Below are positions 20,563 through 30,494 of a stretch of DNA of 64,000 bases, piece by piece (the first letter of the stretch is position 1; each line of letters begins with the position of its first letter). A model generated the notes under the pieces. The model made no database searches, had not been told where the DNA came from, and was given only the letters and a program-made list of their open reading frames with translations. Source of the DNA: Methanothrix sp. (GTDB lineage: Archaea > Halobacteriota > Methanosarcinia > Methanotrichales > Methanotrichaceae); NCBI GenBank assembly GCA_037128175.1, contig JBAXWY010000002.1, positions 83,539 to 147,538 on the forward strand, given 5' to 3'. Both the position numbers and the translations under genes were made by a program.

Positions 20563-21738
20563 CTACACCCGCCAGATCTCCCTGGAGAGAAGGGTCAGCC
20601 TCTCCGGCCCATTGGGTCCGACGAGGAAGGTGTCCTCGATTCCCACCACGCCTTCTCCTGGATAGATCATCTTCGGCTCTACGGCAATGGTCATGTTCTC
20701 CACAATCTCGTGGTCCACGGGACCGATTACCGGATACTCATCTATTTGCAGCCCCACGCCGTGTCCCACAAATCCGGCTTTGCTGCCAGGGGGGCCACCC
20801 AGGAAATCTTGATAGCCCAGCTTGAGGCCTTCCGCCAGAGAGAGGTCCCAGATCTCGCGGCTCAACTTGCCGGGGTGAAGCTCGCTGGCAATGACTTCTT
20901 CGATTCGCAGGGCGGCATGGTGCGCCTCCTCCAATTTTGACGGCAGCTTTCCTAAGGAGAATATGCGCGTCTCATCGGCGATGTAGCCGTTGTAGCATCC
21001 GGCATAGTCCACCAGCACAGGCTCATTGCGCCTGATCCTGGCAAACCCGGGCCCTTGAGCAAAGAAAAGGGACATGCCCCTTCCGCCCGTGGGAGAGGAT
21101 ACGCTGCTTGGTATTGCGGCACCTGCGCCTGCCATGAGATGGCCCATGGGTAGATTCTGATTGAACCGTCTAAATGTTACCTTGCCCTGATGGCCCAGGA
21201 GCCTCATGGTGCCCTCCACAACGACGGCCAGATCAATCTCCCGCATGCCCTCTTTGAGGTTGTCTGCGACAGAGGCGATTCCCTTATCCAAAATCCTTGC
21301 AGCCTCGCGAATGAGCCGGATCTCAAAATCAGACTTCACGGAGCGAATGTGCTTGATATCCTCAGAGATATCGGAAAATTGGACATCCTCATCTAAAGCC
21401 TTTGCCAGCCGGGCATAATTATTGTAAGGAAGCACATCCGTTTCCAGGCCGATTCTCGCACCGGCCGGTAGATCCAGATCTGTTTTGAGGAATTTAAGAC
21501 TCTTTTGCGGCTGCACGGGGAGGGGTGATTCCTGCCTGGCCCTCTCCAGGTTTTTTTTAATCATGAGGGTTGGCAGACCGTCCCTGGGAATGTAGATTAA
21601 ACCTTCCTGAGCTGTGCCTGAGAAATAGCCCAGGTCCGTGGATTCAAACAATATGGCACCGGTCAAATCACCCATCCGGTCTTGCAGCCTCTTTATCCTG
21701 GCATCGATCTCTGAGCAGGGATGTAAAACGTACTCCAT
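20563..21738 (-). CDS. Xaa-Pro peptidase (M24)
   Basis: DYAG...ADETR, GHGVGL, VEPK and GIEDT metal ligands. Confidence 0.9.
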   Translation of the reverse strand: MEYVLHPCSEIDARIKRLQDRMGDLTGAILFESTDLGYFSGTAQEGLIYIPRDGLPTLMIKKNLERARQESPLPVQPQKSLKFLKTDLDLPAGARIGLETDVLPYNNYARLAKALDEDVQFSDISEDIKHIRSVKSDFEIRLIREAARILDKGIASVADNLKEGMREIDLAVVVEGTMRLLGHQGKVTFRRFNQNLPMGHLMAGAGAAIPSSVSSPTGGRGMSLFFAQGPGFARIRRNEPVLVDYAGCYNGYIADETRIFSLGKLPSKLEEAHHAALRIEEVIASELHPGKLSREIWDLSLAEGLKLGYQDFLGGPPGSKAGFVGHGVGLQIDEYPVIGPVDHEIVENMTIAVEPKMIYPGEGVVGIEDTFLVGPNGPERLTLLSREIWRV

Positions 21739-21775
21739 TTATTCCACCTTTTCAAGATACCTTGATGCGAGCTCT

Positions 21776-22450
21776 TCAGTGGCTATTTTCATGGCTTCCG
21801 ATTTCCTCTTCCAGGTCCCAAAGGTATCTTCTCAAAATCGTTGTTCTTCCTGCCGCAAGCTTTTTTCCGCTCTTTGTATGCATGCCAAATTCCAGTTTTA
21901 GCAGCTTTTTGTAGAAATGATCTAGATTCCATTTCGCGTCATCAGGCTCTCTGGCCCTGCAGAAGGGATCGTCAGGATTGTAAAGCTCTCTTCCCAGTGC
22001 TCCTCCCGTGAGAAATACCCGGGCAATTCCAATGGCCCCAATGGCATCCAGCCGGTCGGCATCCTGAAGTATCCTGGCCTCCAGAGTAACCGGAACAATT
22101 TTTCCGGAAAAGCGGTGCACATCGACGGCATAGAGCACCTTTTCTCTTGCTTCCTCTTCCAGCCCGATCGACACCAGAAATGCCTCCACTGACCTTTTGC
22201 CCTGGCCCACAGACTCTCCTTGCTTCGAGGTATGCTTTTTTTCCGATCCCACATCATGCAGCAGCGCGGCCAGGAGCAGAACCTGCATATCTGCGCCTTC
22301 TTCCCTGCCAATGATCGTGGCATTTTTGTAAACACGCAGGATGTGCGAGAAATCATGGGCGGGATCGGCTCCCAGGTACATGGGCCGAATTTCGCTTATC
22401 CAGGATTCTGGATCAAATGAATACAAGGATATCGCCGCCTTATTTTGCAT
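21776..22450 (-). CDS. HD domain phosphohydrolase
   Basis: AHDFSH, LLHD, QDADRLDAIG. Confidence 0.88.
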   Translation of the reverse strand: MQNKAAISLYSFDPESWISEIRPMYLGADPAHDFSHILRVYKNATIIGREEGADMQVLLLAALLHDVGSEKKHTSKQGESVGQGKRSVEAFLVSIGLEEEAREKVLYAVDVHRFSGKIVPVTLEARILQDADRLDAIGAIGIARVFLTGGALGRELYNPDDPFCRAREPDDAKWNLDHFYKKLLKLEFGMHTKSGKKLAAGRTTILRRYLWDLEEEIGSHENSH

Positions 22451-22754
22451 AGAATCTAAGAAGCTCTTTTATCCCTTCTTCCAGGTCGTATCTTGCCTTA
22501 AACCCGAGCACTTTTTCGGTCTTCGCAGTGTCGGAAAGGGTATGCTGGACATAATTCTTAATGGGATTCACCACGTGTTGCGCTTTCATGGTCAATCCCA
22601 TGTTCTTGTTCAAAATCTCTACCGTTTGGTTGAAGGTGTAAGCTTTTCCGGTTTGCATATTGTCCAGGACCACAATATCTTCGCCAACTTTTAAGAGTTC
22701 CTCAACAAGGTTGGAGCCGATAAATCCTGCGCCGCCTGTAATCAGTGTGCTCAT
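22440..22754 (-). pseudogene. internally deleted NAD-dependent epimerase/dehydratase
   Basis: N-terminal TGGAGFIG joined directly to the C-terminal LGFKARYDLEEGIKE; only 104 aa, no YxxxK. Confidence 0.8.
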
Positions 22755-22842
22755 AATTATCTGTTTCTCAAAATTCGCGATCTCCTATATCTGTCTGTCG
22801 AAACTCCACAGGGCGCACTGGCCCGGAAATCTTGATGCGCTA

Positions 22843-23949
22843 TCAACCCACATAAACCCTCTCCGCCTTGTTGCAGATCTCCTCCCAGTCATACTTCCTG
22901 GCCTCTTCTATGCACCGCCCTCGCATTTTTTCTTTCTTTTGCAGCATGCGGCAAATTGACCCGGCTAAAGCCTGCTCGGTTGGCTGGCAAACTGCGCCCG
23001 TCTCCTTCGTGACCAGATCCATCACCGCATTCATTCTGTGCTCTACGGTAACCACAGGAAGCCCGCAGGCATTCGCCTCCAGAGCCGCCATGCCAAAGCC
23101 CTCTCTGCTGGAAGGTGTTGCAAAGACGCGCGAGGATTTCATGAGGGAAAGTGCATCATTGTAGTCTTCCAGAAAGCCCAGGAACAGCACATTTTTTCCC
23201 AGTTCCAGCTCGGATACCAGGGACTTCAGCGTTCCCATCTCCGGGCCATCGCCCACTATCATGGCCTTCACATCCGGGACATCCATTTTCACAGTCTTCA
23301 ATGCCTTGATGAGCAGATCTACGTTCTTGTGCTCGACCAGCCTTCCCACGTAGATGACATCCGACTGCTTGGCCGACGGAGGAACCCGATTTATTTTCTG
23401 CCAATCAATGCCGTTGGGCACAACCTGAACCTCTTTTGCCCCCAGGCTCAAAAGCTCTCTTTGGGTTCTCACCGACACTGCAATGTTCTTTTCCGTTAAC
23501 CGGGCGGCAGCCCACTCGACGATTTGGCCGGCCCTGCCTTTCTCTCCCAGGTACTCGCGCCAGTAATCGCCCCACACCTCATGCCAGGTGATGAAGAGCT
23601 TCTGTCTTTTGAGGCTGGAGATCAGCTTTGCCGAAAAGCAGGATAGGTAAGGGAAATTCTGGCAGTCCATCACATCGCAGTCGGCGCGAATGGTGAGAAG
23701 CTTGCCCGCGAAAAAAGCGGCCTCGTAGATAGACCTCTTGCCGCTGACATAAAGGGGCATGGGCGGGCAGATGCCGTGCAGGTGTACGTTGTCTTTGTGG
23801 ATCTCATTCTCTCCCGTCCACCATTTCATGCCGTAGCAGTGCACCTCATGCCCTCGCTTTGCCAGCCGGCGGGAGAGTTCATAGATCCTTTTTTCCGCTC
23901 CCCCCTTCACCCATGGGTAGACGGCGTCGTAAACATAGGCGATCTTCAT
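22843..23949 (-). CDS. glycosyltransferase family 4
   Basis: GGAE, YVGRL..HK, EGFGMAALEANACG. Confidence 0.9.
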   Translation of the reverse strand: MKIAYVYDAVYPWVKGGAEKRIYELSRRLAKRGHEVHCYGMKWWTGENEIHKDNVHLHGICPPMPLYVSGKRSIYEAAFFAGKLLTIRADCDVMDCQNFPYLSCFSAKLISSLKRQKLFITWHEVWGDYWREYLGEKGRAGQIVEWAAARLTEKNIAVSVRTQRELLSLGAKEVQVVPNGIDWQKINRVPPSAKQSDVIYVGRLVEHKNVDLLIKALKTVKMDVPDVKAMIVGDGPEMGTLKSLVSELELGKNVLFLGFLEDYNDALSLMKSSRVFATPSSREGFGMAALEANACGLPVVTVEHRMNAVMDLVTKETGAVCQPTEQALAGSICRMLQKKEKMRGRCIEEARKYDWEEICNKAERVYVG

Positions 23950-24054
23950 CGAGTCTCTAATCCTGCGACCCGTTATTATGAACATAGCGGAGACTGACGG
24001 TCTGAATCTTCAGGGTGGAAAAGATCGAGGATGACAGTCCGACCGAAACACAAG

Positions 24055-24843
24055 TTAGGACCTCTTGCTTTTTGGTCTATTCACACAGGCAGGAGGAACG
24101 AACAGAGCACTCCGGACTACTGTCGCAAGCTTAGGACCAATTCCCGGGCAATCGTCCAGGTATGTGTCCGGCTTTTTTGGAACCAATGAGACATAGAATT
24201 TTTCCAGGATTCTATTGGCTCTTGCGGGGCCCAGCCCTTTTCCACATAGTATGGACAGCCCTACAGCTTGCCTCTCACCAACCGCCGGTTTCGGTCGAAA
24301 GACACAAATATCGCCGCCCTGCAGGATCTTTTGGACACTATGAAGCATTCGCCGCCAGGGATCGATCTTGAGCCGCCATATCTGAATATTCATGCCGATG
24401 CAGTTGGCCTCAAAGTCTTCCAGCATGGAAATATACTCGGTGATCTTATCCTCTGCTTCTTGACCTCTGATGCCTCTACTGTAAACGACATTGTTGACGG
24501 CCTGAACAACATTGTCATCATCGCCGAGTACTATGATGATAAGGGGATCTTGTAGCTCCCGGCCGGCGAGGATTTGCCGGTAGAGGTGGCCGCTTTGGTT
24601 GATAATCGAGGCTACGTAGTCGCTCTGGGGTTCACCGATCCTTGTGAAGTCCTTCAGCTCTACATTGATGGTCTTACCTTCCCACTGGAAACAGAGGTCA
24701 AAGGGACAATCCTTGGGATCGGCCAGGAAGAAATGATCGTCTTTAAGGATGGCAGCCTTGATTTTTTTCGCTCTGGCTCGATGGGCTTCATTGGTATCCA
24801 GGGAAACGCGTATGCGGGAGATTGGCACCATATTTTCTGCCAA
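24055..24843 (-). CDS. orphan ERCC4/XPF-like nuclease-domain protein
   Basis: SLDTNE...FD...VELK...SDYVASI...LYRQ pattern plus two HhH-like motifs (KGLGPARA, PGIGPKLA). Confidence 0.55.
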   Translation of the reverse strand: MAENMVPISRIRVSLDTNEAHRARAKKIKAAILKDDHFFLADPKDCPFDLCFQWEGKTINVELKDFTRIGEPQSDYVASIINQSGHLYRQILAGRELQDPLIIIVLGDDDNVVQAVNNVVYSRGIRGQEAEDKITEYISMLEDFEANCIGMNIQIWRLKIDPWRRMLHSVQKILQGGDICVFRPKPAVGERQAVGLSILCGKGLGPARANRILEKFYVSLVPKKPDTYLDDCPGIGPKLATVVRSALFVPPACVNRPKSKRS

Positions 24844-25116
24844 CAGTTTTTATTTGTTTAGAATTGGCGGCCTTTGGATATATAGCAAAGTAGCGCGGGG
24901 AGAAAGTGTTCTGGTGCAAAAAGAAACATAATCACACGTCTGCGCTCTAGCAACTTGTCGGCGGCTGCCCGGCCAGAGGTCAGGATCGGTAGCGTTGCTG
25001 GGCCAGGTTGTGGTTCAGTCAGGGCGCGCGAGATTCACTTATGCTATAGATTTCGCGAAAGCTAGATGTACACAGACAGACATTGTTTAGTCCTGAGCAG
25101 TTGGGGCTGATTAGCT

Positions 25117-25342
25117 TTGAGCCTGATGAGGGGTGTGAGTGGCAAGGATGCCGTTAAGGTCTTTGTCATGGCTGGCGATGTTGTGCGTCAGGGCAAAGGC
25201 GACCGTAGTAAATATCAAGATGCCAAATGGCCAGCTCACTATTCCCGTATCCGGAGATCTCAAGATAGGTCTCCTCAAATAGGCAATAAGAAAAGCTGGG
25301 CTGGATGAGGAGGATTTCCTGAAACTCTTAAAAGGTGATTGA
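25117..25342 (+). pseudogene. hicA: HicA toxin pseudogene
   Basis: VSGKDAVK...RQGKGD, frameshift near 25207, then VNIKMPNGQLTIPV...LKIGLLK*AIRKAGLDEEDF with an internal TAG. Confidence 0.75.
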
Positions 25343-25344
25343 CT

Positions 25345-25566
25345 ATGGATTATACAATTTTGATACATCAGGCTGAGGAAGGCGGCATCTGGTCCGAGGT
25401 CCCGGCTCTGCCTGGCTGCTATTCGCAAGGAGAAACCATCGATGAAACCTTGAGAAATAGCAAAGAGGCCATAGAGGTCCATCTGCTGGTCTTGAAAGAG
25501 GACATGGTTGCAGCTCCTGTTGAAGAGAGCCTTTTCATAGGCAGGGTCCAGGTAGAAGTAGCATAG
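25345..25566 (+). CDS. hicB: HicB family antitoxin
   Basis: EEGG...VPALPGCYSQGETIDE...EAI motif. Confidence 0.88.
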   Translation: MDYTILIHQAEEGGIWSEVPALPGCYSQGETIDETLRNSKEAIEVHLLVLKEDMVAAPVEESLFIGRVQVEVA

Positions 25567-25622
25567 AGACTGCTCTTAAGATCTATGCATTTGATTTTCA
25601 AGGTCTTGCATAAAATCGTGCA

Positions 25623-26354
25623 TTAAAAACGATTCAGCTCCCCCAGCTTATCTGGCCTGCCCATCAGCTCTGTTCCCACCAGCAGCGCGTCCGCACCTGC
25701 CTGCATCATGCGCAGTGCATCATCTCTCGTATGCACACCGCTCTCCGCCACCAGGAAGACTCCGGCCTCCTTCGCCCGCGGTGCTAGCCGCTCGAATGTT
25801 CCCAGGTCCACTTCCAGAGTATTCAGGTTGCGGTTATTGATGCCGATGATCCGGGCATCGGTCTTCAGCGCCGCTTCCAGCTCTTCTTCGGTATGGACCT
25901 CCACCAGAGGCTCCATGCCTAAGGCCCTGGCCGCCTCCACAAATCGGTTTAGATCGATGCCCAGCGCGGCTATGAGCAGCACCAGATCAGCCTGCACCTC
26001 GGAAAGCTGCCTTTCCTCGAAAATGAAGTCCTTTCTTAAGACCGGCAGCCCGGCTCTGCGAGCGATCCAAACGTTTTCGAGAGCGCCTTTGAAGTGAGTG
26101 GGCTCGGTCAAAACCGAGATGGCGCAGGCGTTGTTTTCCGAGTAAGCCCCGGCATAGGCCGCCACCTCTTCAGGAGCTAAAGCCCTTCCAACCACCTTGG
26201 GCTTGATCTCGGCAATAATGGGAATTATGCCGCGGCTCTTCAGGGATTGAGCGGAGACGATCAGATCCCATCGCTCGGCCTTCGGCCAGGGGGCCGCAGC
26301 CGCAAAGCCCCGCTCCCGAGAAGCGGCCAGGATTCCATCGATTAGTGAATGCAT
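25623..26354 (-). CDS. trpC: indole-3-glycerol phosphate synthase
   Basis: IIAEIK, ISVLTEP, LRKDFI, GINNRNL, ESG; start moved to MHSLID. Confidence 0.93.
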   Translation of the reverse strand: MHSLIDGILAASRERGFAAAAPWPKAERWDLIVSAQSLKSRGIIPIIAEIKPKVVGRALAPEEVAAYAGAYSENNACAISVLTEPTHFKGALENVWIARRAGLPVLRKDFIFEERQLSEVQADLVLLIAALGIDLNRFVEAARALGMEPLVEVHTEEELEAALKTDARIIGINNRNLNTLEVDLGTFERLAPRAKEAGVFLVAESGVHTRDDALRMMQAGADALLVGTELMGRPDKLGELNRF

Positions 26355-26947
26355 GCTACCACATCCTCGATCCAGTTGCTGATCAGCTTCTTGCCGGAGG
26401 GCGTGAGCACCGACTCGGGATGAAACTGCAGACCTGAGTGGGGCCGGCTCCGATGTCGTACGCCCATGATGATACCGTCTGCGGTCTTTGCTGAGACCTC
26501 CAGCGGCGGAGCCAACCGTTCGATGGCCAGGGAATGATACCGACCACCAACGATCGGATTTTCCAGACCCCGGAAAAGGCCCAGTCCATCGTGCTCTATT
26601 TGCGAGGTCTTGCCGTGCAGTGGCCTGGTGTGGGAGATAGTGCCGCCGTAAGCTATGTTCATGGCCTGGTGGCCCAGACAAACACCCAGGATGGGTGTGC
26701 CCCCAAACTGCTTGATAATCTCCAGGCAGTTGCCGATGTCCCGCTCGTTGGCCGGATGGCCCGGTCCGGGTGATATTACGATTCCCCTGGGCTCTATGGC
26801 TGCTACCTCCGCCAATGTTATGCGATTGGAACGGACAGCCGTCTCCGGGTAAAATTGGGAGACATAGTCCACCAAATTCCATACAAAGGAGTCCTGGTTG
26901 TCCACAAAGAGAATCGGTCGAGGCGTGGGGCGGTTTTCTGGGGTCAT
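26342..26947 (-). CDS. trpG: anthranilate synthase component II
   Basis: SPGPG, GVCLGHQ, RYHSL, QFHPES. Confidence 0.93.
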   Translation of the reverse strand: MTPENRPTPRPILFVDNQDSFVWNLVDYVSQFYPETAVRSNRITLAEVAAIEPRGIVISPGPGHPANERDIGNCLEIIKQFGGTPILGVCLGHQAMNIAYGGTISHTRPLHGKTSQIEHDGLGLFRGLENPIVGGRYHSLAIERLAPPLEVSAKTADGIIMGVRHRSRPHSGLQFHPESVLTPSGKKLISNWIEDVVACIH

Positions 26948-28398
26948 ACCGCCACTCCCAAAGCCCTCTTCATGGCCGCCATCTTCCGCTCTGTCTCCTG
27001 GTATTCCTTCTCTGGATCGGAGTCCGCTACTATCCCCGCCCCGGCCTGCACCGTAGCCACTTTGTCCTTGACCAGAACGCTTCTGATGGCTATGGCAAAG
27101 TCGGAGCTGCCGTCTATGGAAAAGTAGCCTATGCCGCCTCCGTAGATGCCGCGCGCCGCCTGCTCGAGGTCATCGATGATCTCCATGGCTCGCAGCTTGG
27201 GCGCTCCGGAGAGCGTTCCTGCCGGAAAGGCCGCCCGGGCCGCATCGAACTGGTCGCACTCTTCTCTCAGCTCTCCGGAGACGGTGGTCTCAATGTGCTG
27301 CACGTGAGAGTACTTGAGCACGGACATGAAATCGTCTACCATAACCGTGCCGGAGCGGCAGACGGATCGCACATCGTTTCGGCCCAGGTCCACCAGCATG
27401 ACATGCTCTGCCCTCTCCTTCTCGTCTGCCAGCATTATTTTGGCGTACTTGTCGTCCTCTTCTCGCGTCCTTCCCCGGGGACAGGTCCCGGCAATGGGAT
27501 TGACCCTGAGCTTGCGGTCATAGGTATTGAAGAGGGTCTCCGGCGAAGCCCCCACAATGGCCAGGTCGCCAAACTCGAAGAGATAGGTGTAGGGGCTGGG
27601 ATTGATGCTGCGTAGCTTCCGGTAGAGCTTGACGGGATCCGGGCACTCAATTCTGGTCGACCGGGCTAAAACTATCTGGAATATGTCCCCGTCCAGAATG
27701 TGCTCCTTTGCTTTTCGCACGGAATCTTCATACTGCTGCTGCCCTCCGACCGAGAGAACCCGGCCTGACACAAACGGGTCGTCGGCCTGATCGTAGTCTG
27801 GGTCGATTCCACCAATGGTCTCGATCAGGTTGACCTTGGGGCCGGGCAGAATGGGGGCTATGGTGAAGTAGACCTTGCGGGTGAGGTGATCGAAGATGAA
27901 AGTGCTCTCTGCCAGGCCGAGCTTGGCATCGGGTGTATCTGAGGTAGAGATTCTGCCCAGGCGCTCTTTAACCAGATCATAGGCCAGATATCCTATCCCT
28001 CCTCCGGTGAAGACCTGTCTGCCAAAGCTGTTGGGCATGCCCCGGCTACAAGGGATGGCCGCCCGCAGGGCATCAAAGAGATCATAGCCCTCCTTTATTG
28101 GCCCTTGCAGAATGGAGCCCTTCTTTTCCACCTCCACGCACTCGGCTAGCCTCTCTTCGATGGGTCCCATGCCACTGTTGAAAAACTCCATTTGCAGGAA
28201 GCGGTTCTTCACGGTAACCACCGCGGAAGGGTCGGCTCCCACGAAGGAGAACCTGGCCTTTTGGCCCGACTTTTCCACCGACTCCAGCAGATAAGGATAC
28301 CTGCGGCTTCGCAGAGCCAGGTAAAGGGAGAGAGGAGCGTCCACGCTCACCTTATCGGTCACGTCCACATACACTGGTTCTATTGGGGACGAGGACAT
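26944..28398 (-). CDS. trpE: anthranilate synthase component I
   Basis: LLES, NPSPY, PIAGT, AEHVMLVDLGRND, GTLSGAPK; start moved to MSSSP. Confidence 0.93.
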   Translation of the reverse strand: MSSSPIEPVYVDVTDKVSVDAPLSLYLALRSRRYPYLLESVEKSGQKARFSFVGADPSAVVTVKNRFLQMEFFNSGMGPIEERLAECVEVEKKGSILQGPIKEGYDLFDALRAAIPCSRGMPNSFGRQVFTGGGIGYLAYDLVKERLGRISTSDTPDAKLGLAESTFIFDHLTRKVYFTIAPILPGPKVNLIETIGGIDPDYDQADDPFVSGRVLSVGGQQQYEDSVRKAKEHILDGDIFQIVLARSTRIECPDPVKLYRKLRSINPSPYTYLFEFGDLAIVGASPETLFNTYDRKLRVNPIAGTCPRGRTREEDDKYAKIMLADEKERAEHVMLVDLGRNDVRSVCRSGTVMVDDFMSVLKYSHVQHIETTVSGELREECDQFDAARAAFPAGTLSGAPKLRAMEIIDDLEQAARGIYGGGIGYFSIDGSSDFAIAIRSVLVKDKVATVQAGAGIVADSDPEKEYQETERKMAAMKRALGVAV

Positions 28399-29021
28399 GA
28401 TCTCACCTCTCTGACAAAGGAAAAAATCTTTTGCGGGTCCTTCTTGCCGCATGTCTCCAGGCCGCTGGAGGCATCCACAGCATAGGGCCTGACCTTTTCG
28501 ATGGCATCAGCCACATTGGCGGGGTTAAGGCCGCCCGCCAGGATCACCGGCACCTTCAGGCTTTCGACTATGGCGGCGCTTTTGTTCCAGTCATGAACGT
28601 TTCCAGTTCCCCCCAGCTTTCCCTGGGCAACGCTGTCCAGCAGAACGGCATCGGCACTTACTGCATACTTTTGGATCTCAAATAGGCTCGAACCTGCGGC
28701 TACCGCCGCCACCAGCTTCTGAGAAACTCTGCCCTTCAGCTCCGCCAGATCAGAGGCGCTTAAGGAGCCATGCACCTGAAGCACATCCGCTCCGATCAGC
28801 TTCGCCAGCTGCACAGCCCCCTCGACATCCTCCGGTGCGATCACAGCCACGCTCTTGGTGAATAGCGGCACCAGTTTTATCAGATCTGCCGCATCTTTTG
28901 CAGAGAGGCGGTGTCGAGACGAATCGATCTCCACAACAAATCCAACCGCGTCCGCTCCGGCAAAGATCGCTTGCAAGAGCTCGGTGCGGTTCATGATTCC
29001 GCAGACCTTAATTCTCGTCAC
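28380..29021 (-). CDS. trpF: phosphoribosylanthranilate isomerase
   Basis: KVCGI, QVHG, GGTG...DW, LAGGLNP. Confidence 0.93.
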   Translation of the reverse strand: MTRIKVCGIMNRTELLQAIFAGADAVGFVVEIDSSRHRLSAKDAADLIKLVPLFTKSVAVIAPEDVEGAVQLAKLIGADVLQVHGSLSASDLAELKGRVSQKLVAAVAAGSSLFEIQKYAVSADAVLLDSVAQGKLGGTGNVHDWNKSAAIVESLKVPVILAGGLNPANVADAIEKVRPYAVDASSGLETCGKKDPQKIFSFVREVRSCPRPQ

Positions 29022-30052
29022 AAAAACCGCTCCAGCTTTTTTGCGTCGCCGTTCATCTCCACCATTCTTTGCAGGACCTGCAGGGCTTTTCCCGAGTCGA
29101 TGGCCTCTTCTGCCATTTTGGCACCTTCTTTTAGAGTAGGGGCCCGGCCGGAGACGTAGACGGCTGCCCCGCCGTTCATGGCGATGATATCACGGGCAGG
29201 TGACCTTTCCCCTTTCATAACCGCTACCAGCTTTCTGGCATTATCCTCGGGCAATCCTCCTGCGATATCCTGCGGCCTGGCCAGGGGATATCCCAGGTCC
29301 AGGGGCATAAGGCAGTAGCTTTTTACCATTCCGTCTTTCAGCTCCGAGACCTTTGTCTCGCCGGTGTTGGTGATCTCGTCCATGCCCATGCCGTGCACCA
29401 CCAGGGCCCTCTCTGTGCCCAGCATCAGCAAAACCCTGGCCAGCTTCTCGCATAGTTTTGGGTCGTAGACGCCCATCACCTGCGCTTTGGCTCCGGCGGG
29501 ATTGGTCAGAGGCCCCAGGATGTTAAAGACGGTGCGTAGTCCCAATTCGCGCCGGACAGCAGCTACGCGCTTCATGGCCGGATGGAAGACGGGGGCCAGC
29601 ATGAATCCGATGCCAAGGGTCTCAATCATGGCCGCCACCGCTTCGGGCAGAGGACTGATGTTGACGCCCAATTCCAAGAGCACGTTGGCGCTGCCGCATT
29701 TCGAGCTCACGGCATAGTTTCCGTGCTTGGCCACAGGCACGCCGCAGGCGGCGGAGACGATGGCAGCAGCCGTGCTCACGTTGATGGTGTTGGAGGCATC
29801 ACCTCCTGTGCCGCAGGTATCCACCAGGGCGCCTTTGACCTTGGGGCGGATGCAAACCGCGGTGTCACGCATCTTCCTGGCAAAGCCTGCGATCTCCGGG
29901 ATGGATTCGCCTTTCATGCGTAGTGCAATCAGCAGAGCGCCGATCTGGGCATCTGTGGCACTGCTGAAGATCTCACCCATGAGTGCCTCTGCCTCCTCCA
30001 TGGAAAGGTGGTGCCCTTCCAAGATCTTTTGAAGATAACTCAAAGTAATCAC
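29018..30052 (-). CDS. trpD: anthranilate phosphoribosyltransferase
   Basis: DTCGTGGD, NVST, KHGN, RTVFNILGPLTNP. Confidence 0.95.
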   Translation of the reverse strand: MITLSYLQKILEGHHLSMEEAEALMGEIFSSATDAQIGALLIALRMKGESIPEIAGFARKMRDTAVCIRPKVKGALVDTCGTGGDASNTINVSTAAAIVSAACGVPVAKHGNYAVSSKCGSANVLLELGVNISPLPEAVAAMIETLGIGFMLAPVFHPAMKRVAAVRRELGLRTVFNILGPLTNPAGAKAQVMGVYDPKLCEKLARVLLMLGTERALVVHGMGMDEITNTGETKVSELKDGMVKSYCLMPLDLGYPLARPQDIAGGLPEDNARKLVAVMKGERSPARDIIAMNGGAAVYVSGRAPTLKEGAKMAEEAIDSGKALQVLQRMVEMNGDAKKLERFL

Positions 30053-30071
30053 CAGATCAAATGTGTAACAT

Positions 30072-30108
30072 TGTACTATAGTGAGTTAAAAAGTACATTA
30101 TATTTATA
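30072..30108 (-). promoter_or_regulatory. trp operon promoter with putative operator
   Basis: minus-strand TATAAATA box at about 30101-30108 and inverted repeat TGTACT-N14-AGTACA (30072-30097). Confidence 0.45.
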
Positions 30109-30215
30109 GGTTGTGCATTGTAGACCAAATAACGACTTTGATAGTAGAATTAGTAGAAGATGAATAAATTAAAAATAGATAAAACATTTTTAATAACAAA
30201 ATAGAAAAAAAAGAA

Positions 30216-30494
30216 CTACCACTTGCCGGATTCAATGACATTAAGCTTGTCGAGGACCTGAGCGATGGCCTGCTGGCTTAACTTATTCTTCCGGCAAATC
30301 TTCAAGACGCGAGACAGTTCGGTATTCTCGTCCGTTCCCGTGAGTTGCGAGGCATACAGTTCTGCAGCATCAAGGCCTTTCTCCAGCACGATTTTTTTGG
30401 TATCTGCAACTATCTGTCCGGTTATGCAGGCCTTGGCAGCGCCAATCTCCTCGATGGCCTTTCCCATATTTTCCAATTCTTTTGAGCTAAGCAT
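30216..30494 (-). CDS. hypothetical helical protein
   Basis: 92-aa ORF with AAAGGA upstream; no family recognised. Confidence 0.6.
   Translation of the reverse strand: MLSSKELENMGKAIEEIGAAKACITGQIVADTKKIVLEKGLDAAELYASQLTGTDENTELSRVLKICRKNKLSQQAIAQVLDKLNVIESGKW

Noticed and set aside
26355-26882. Long N-terminal extension of trpC
   Set aside because: It overlaps trpG in another frame; TrpC similarity starts near 26354
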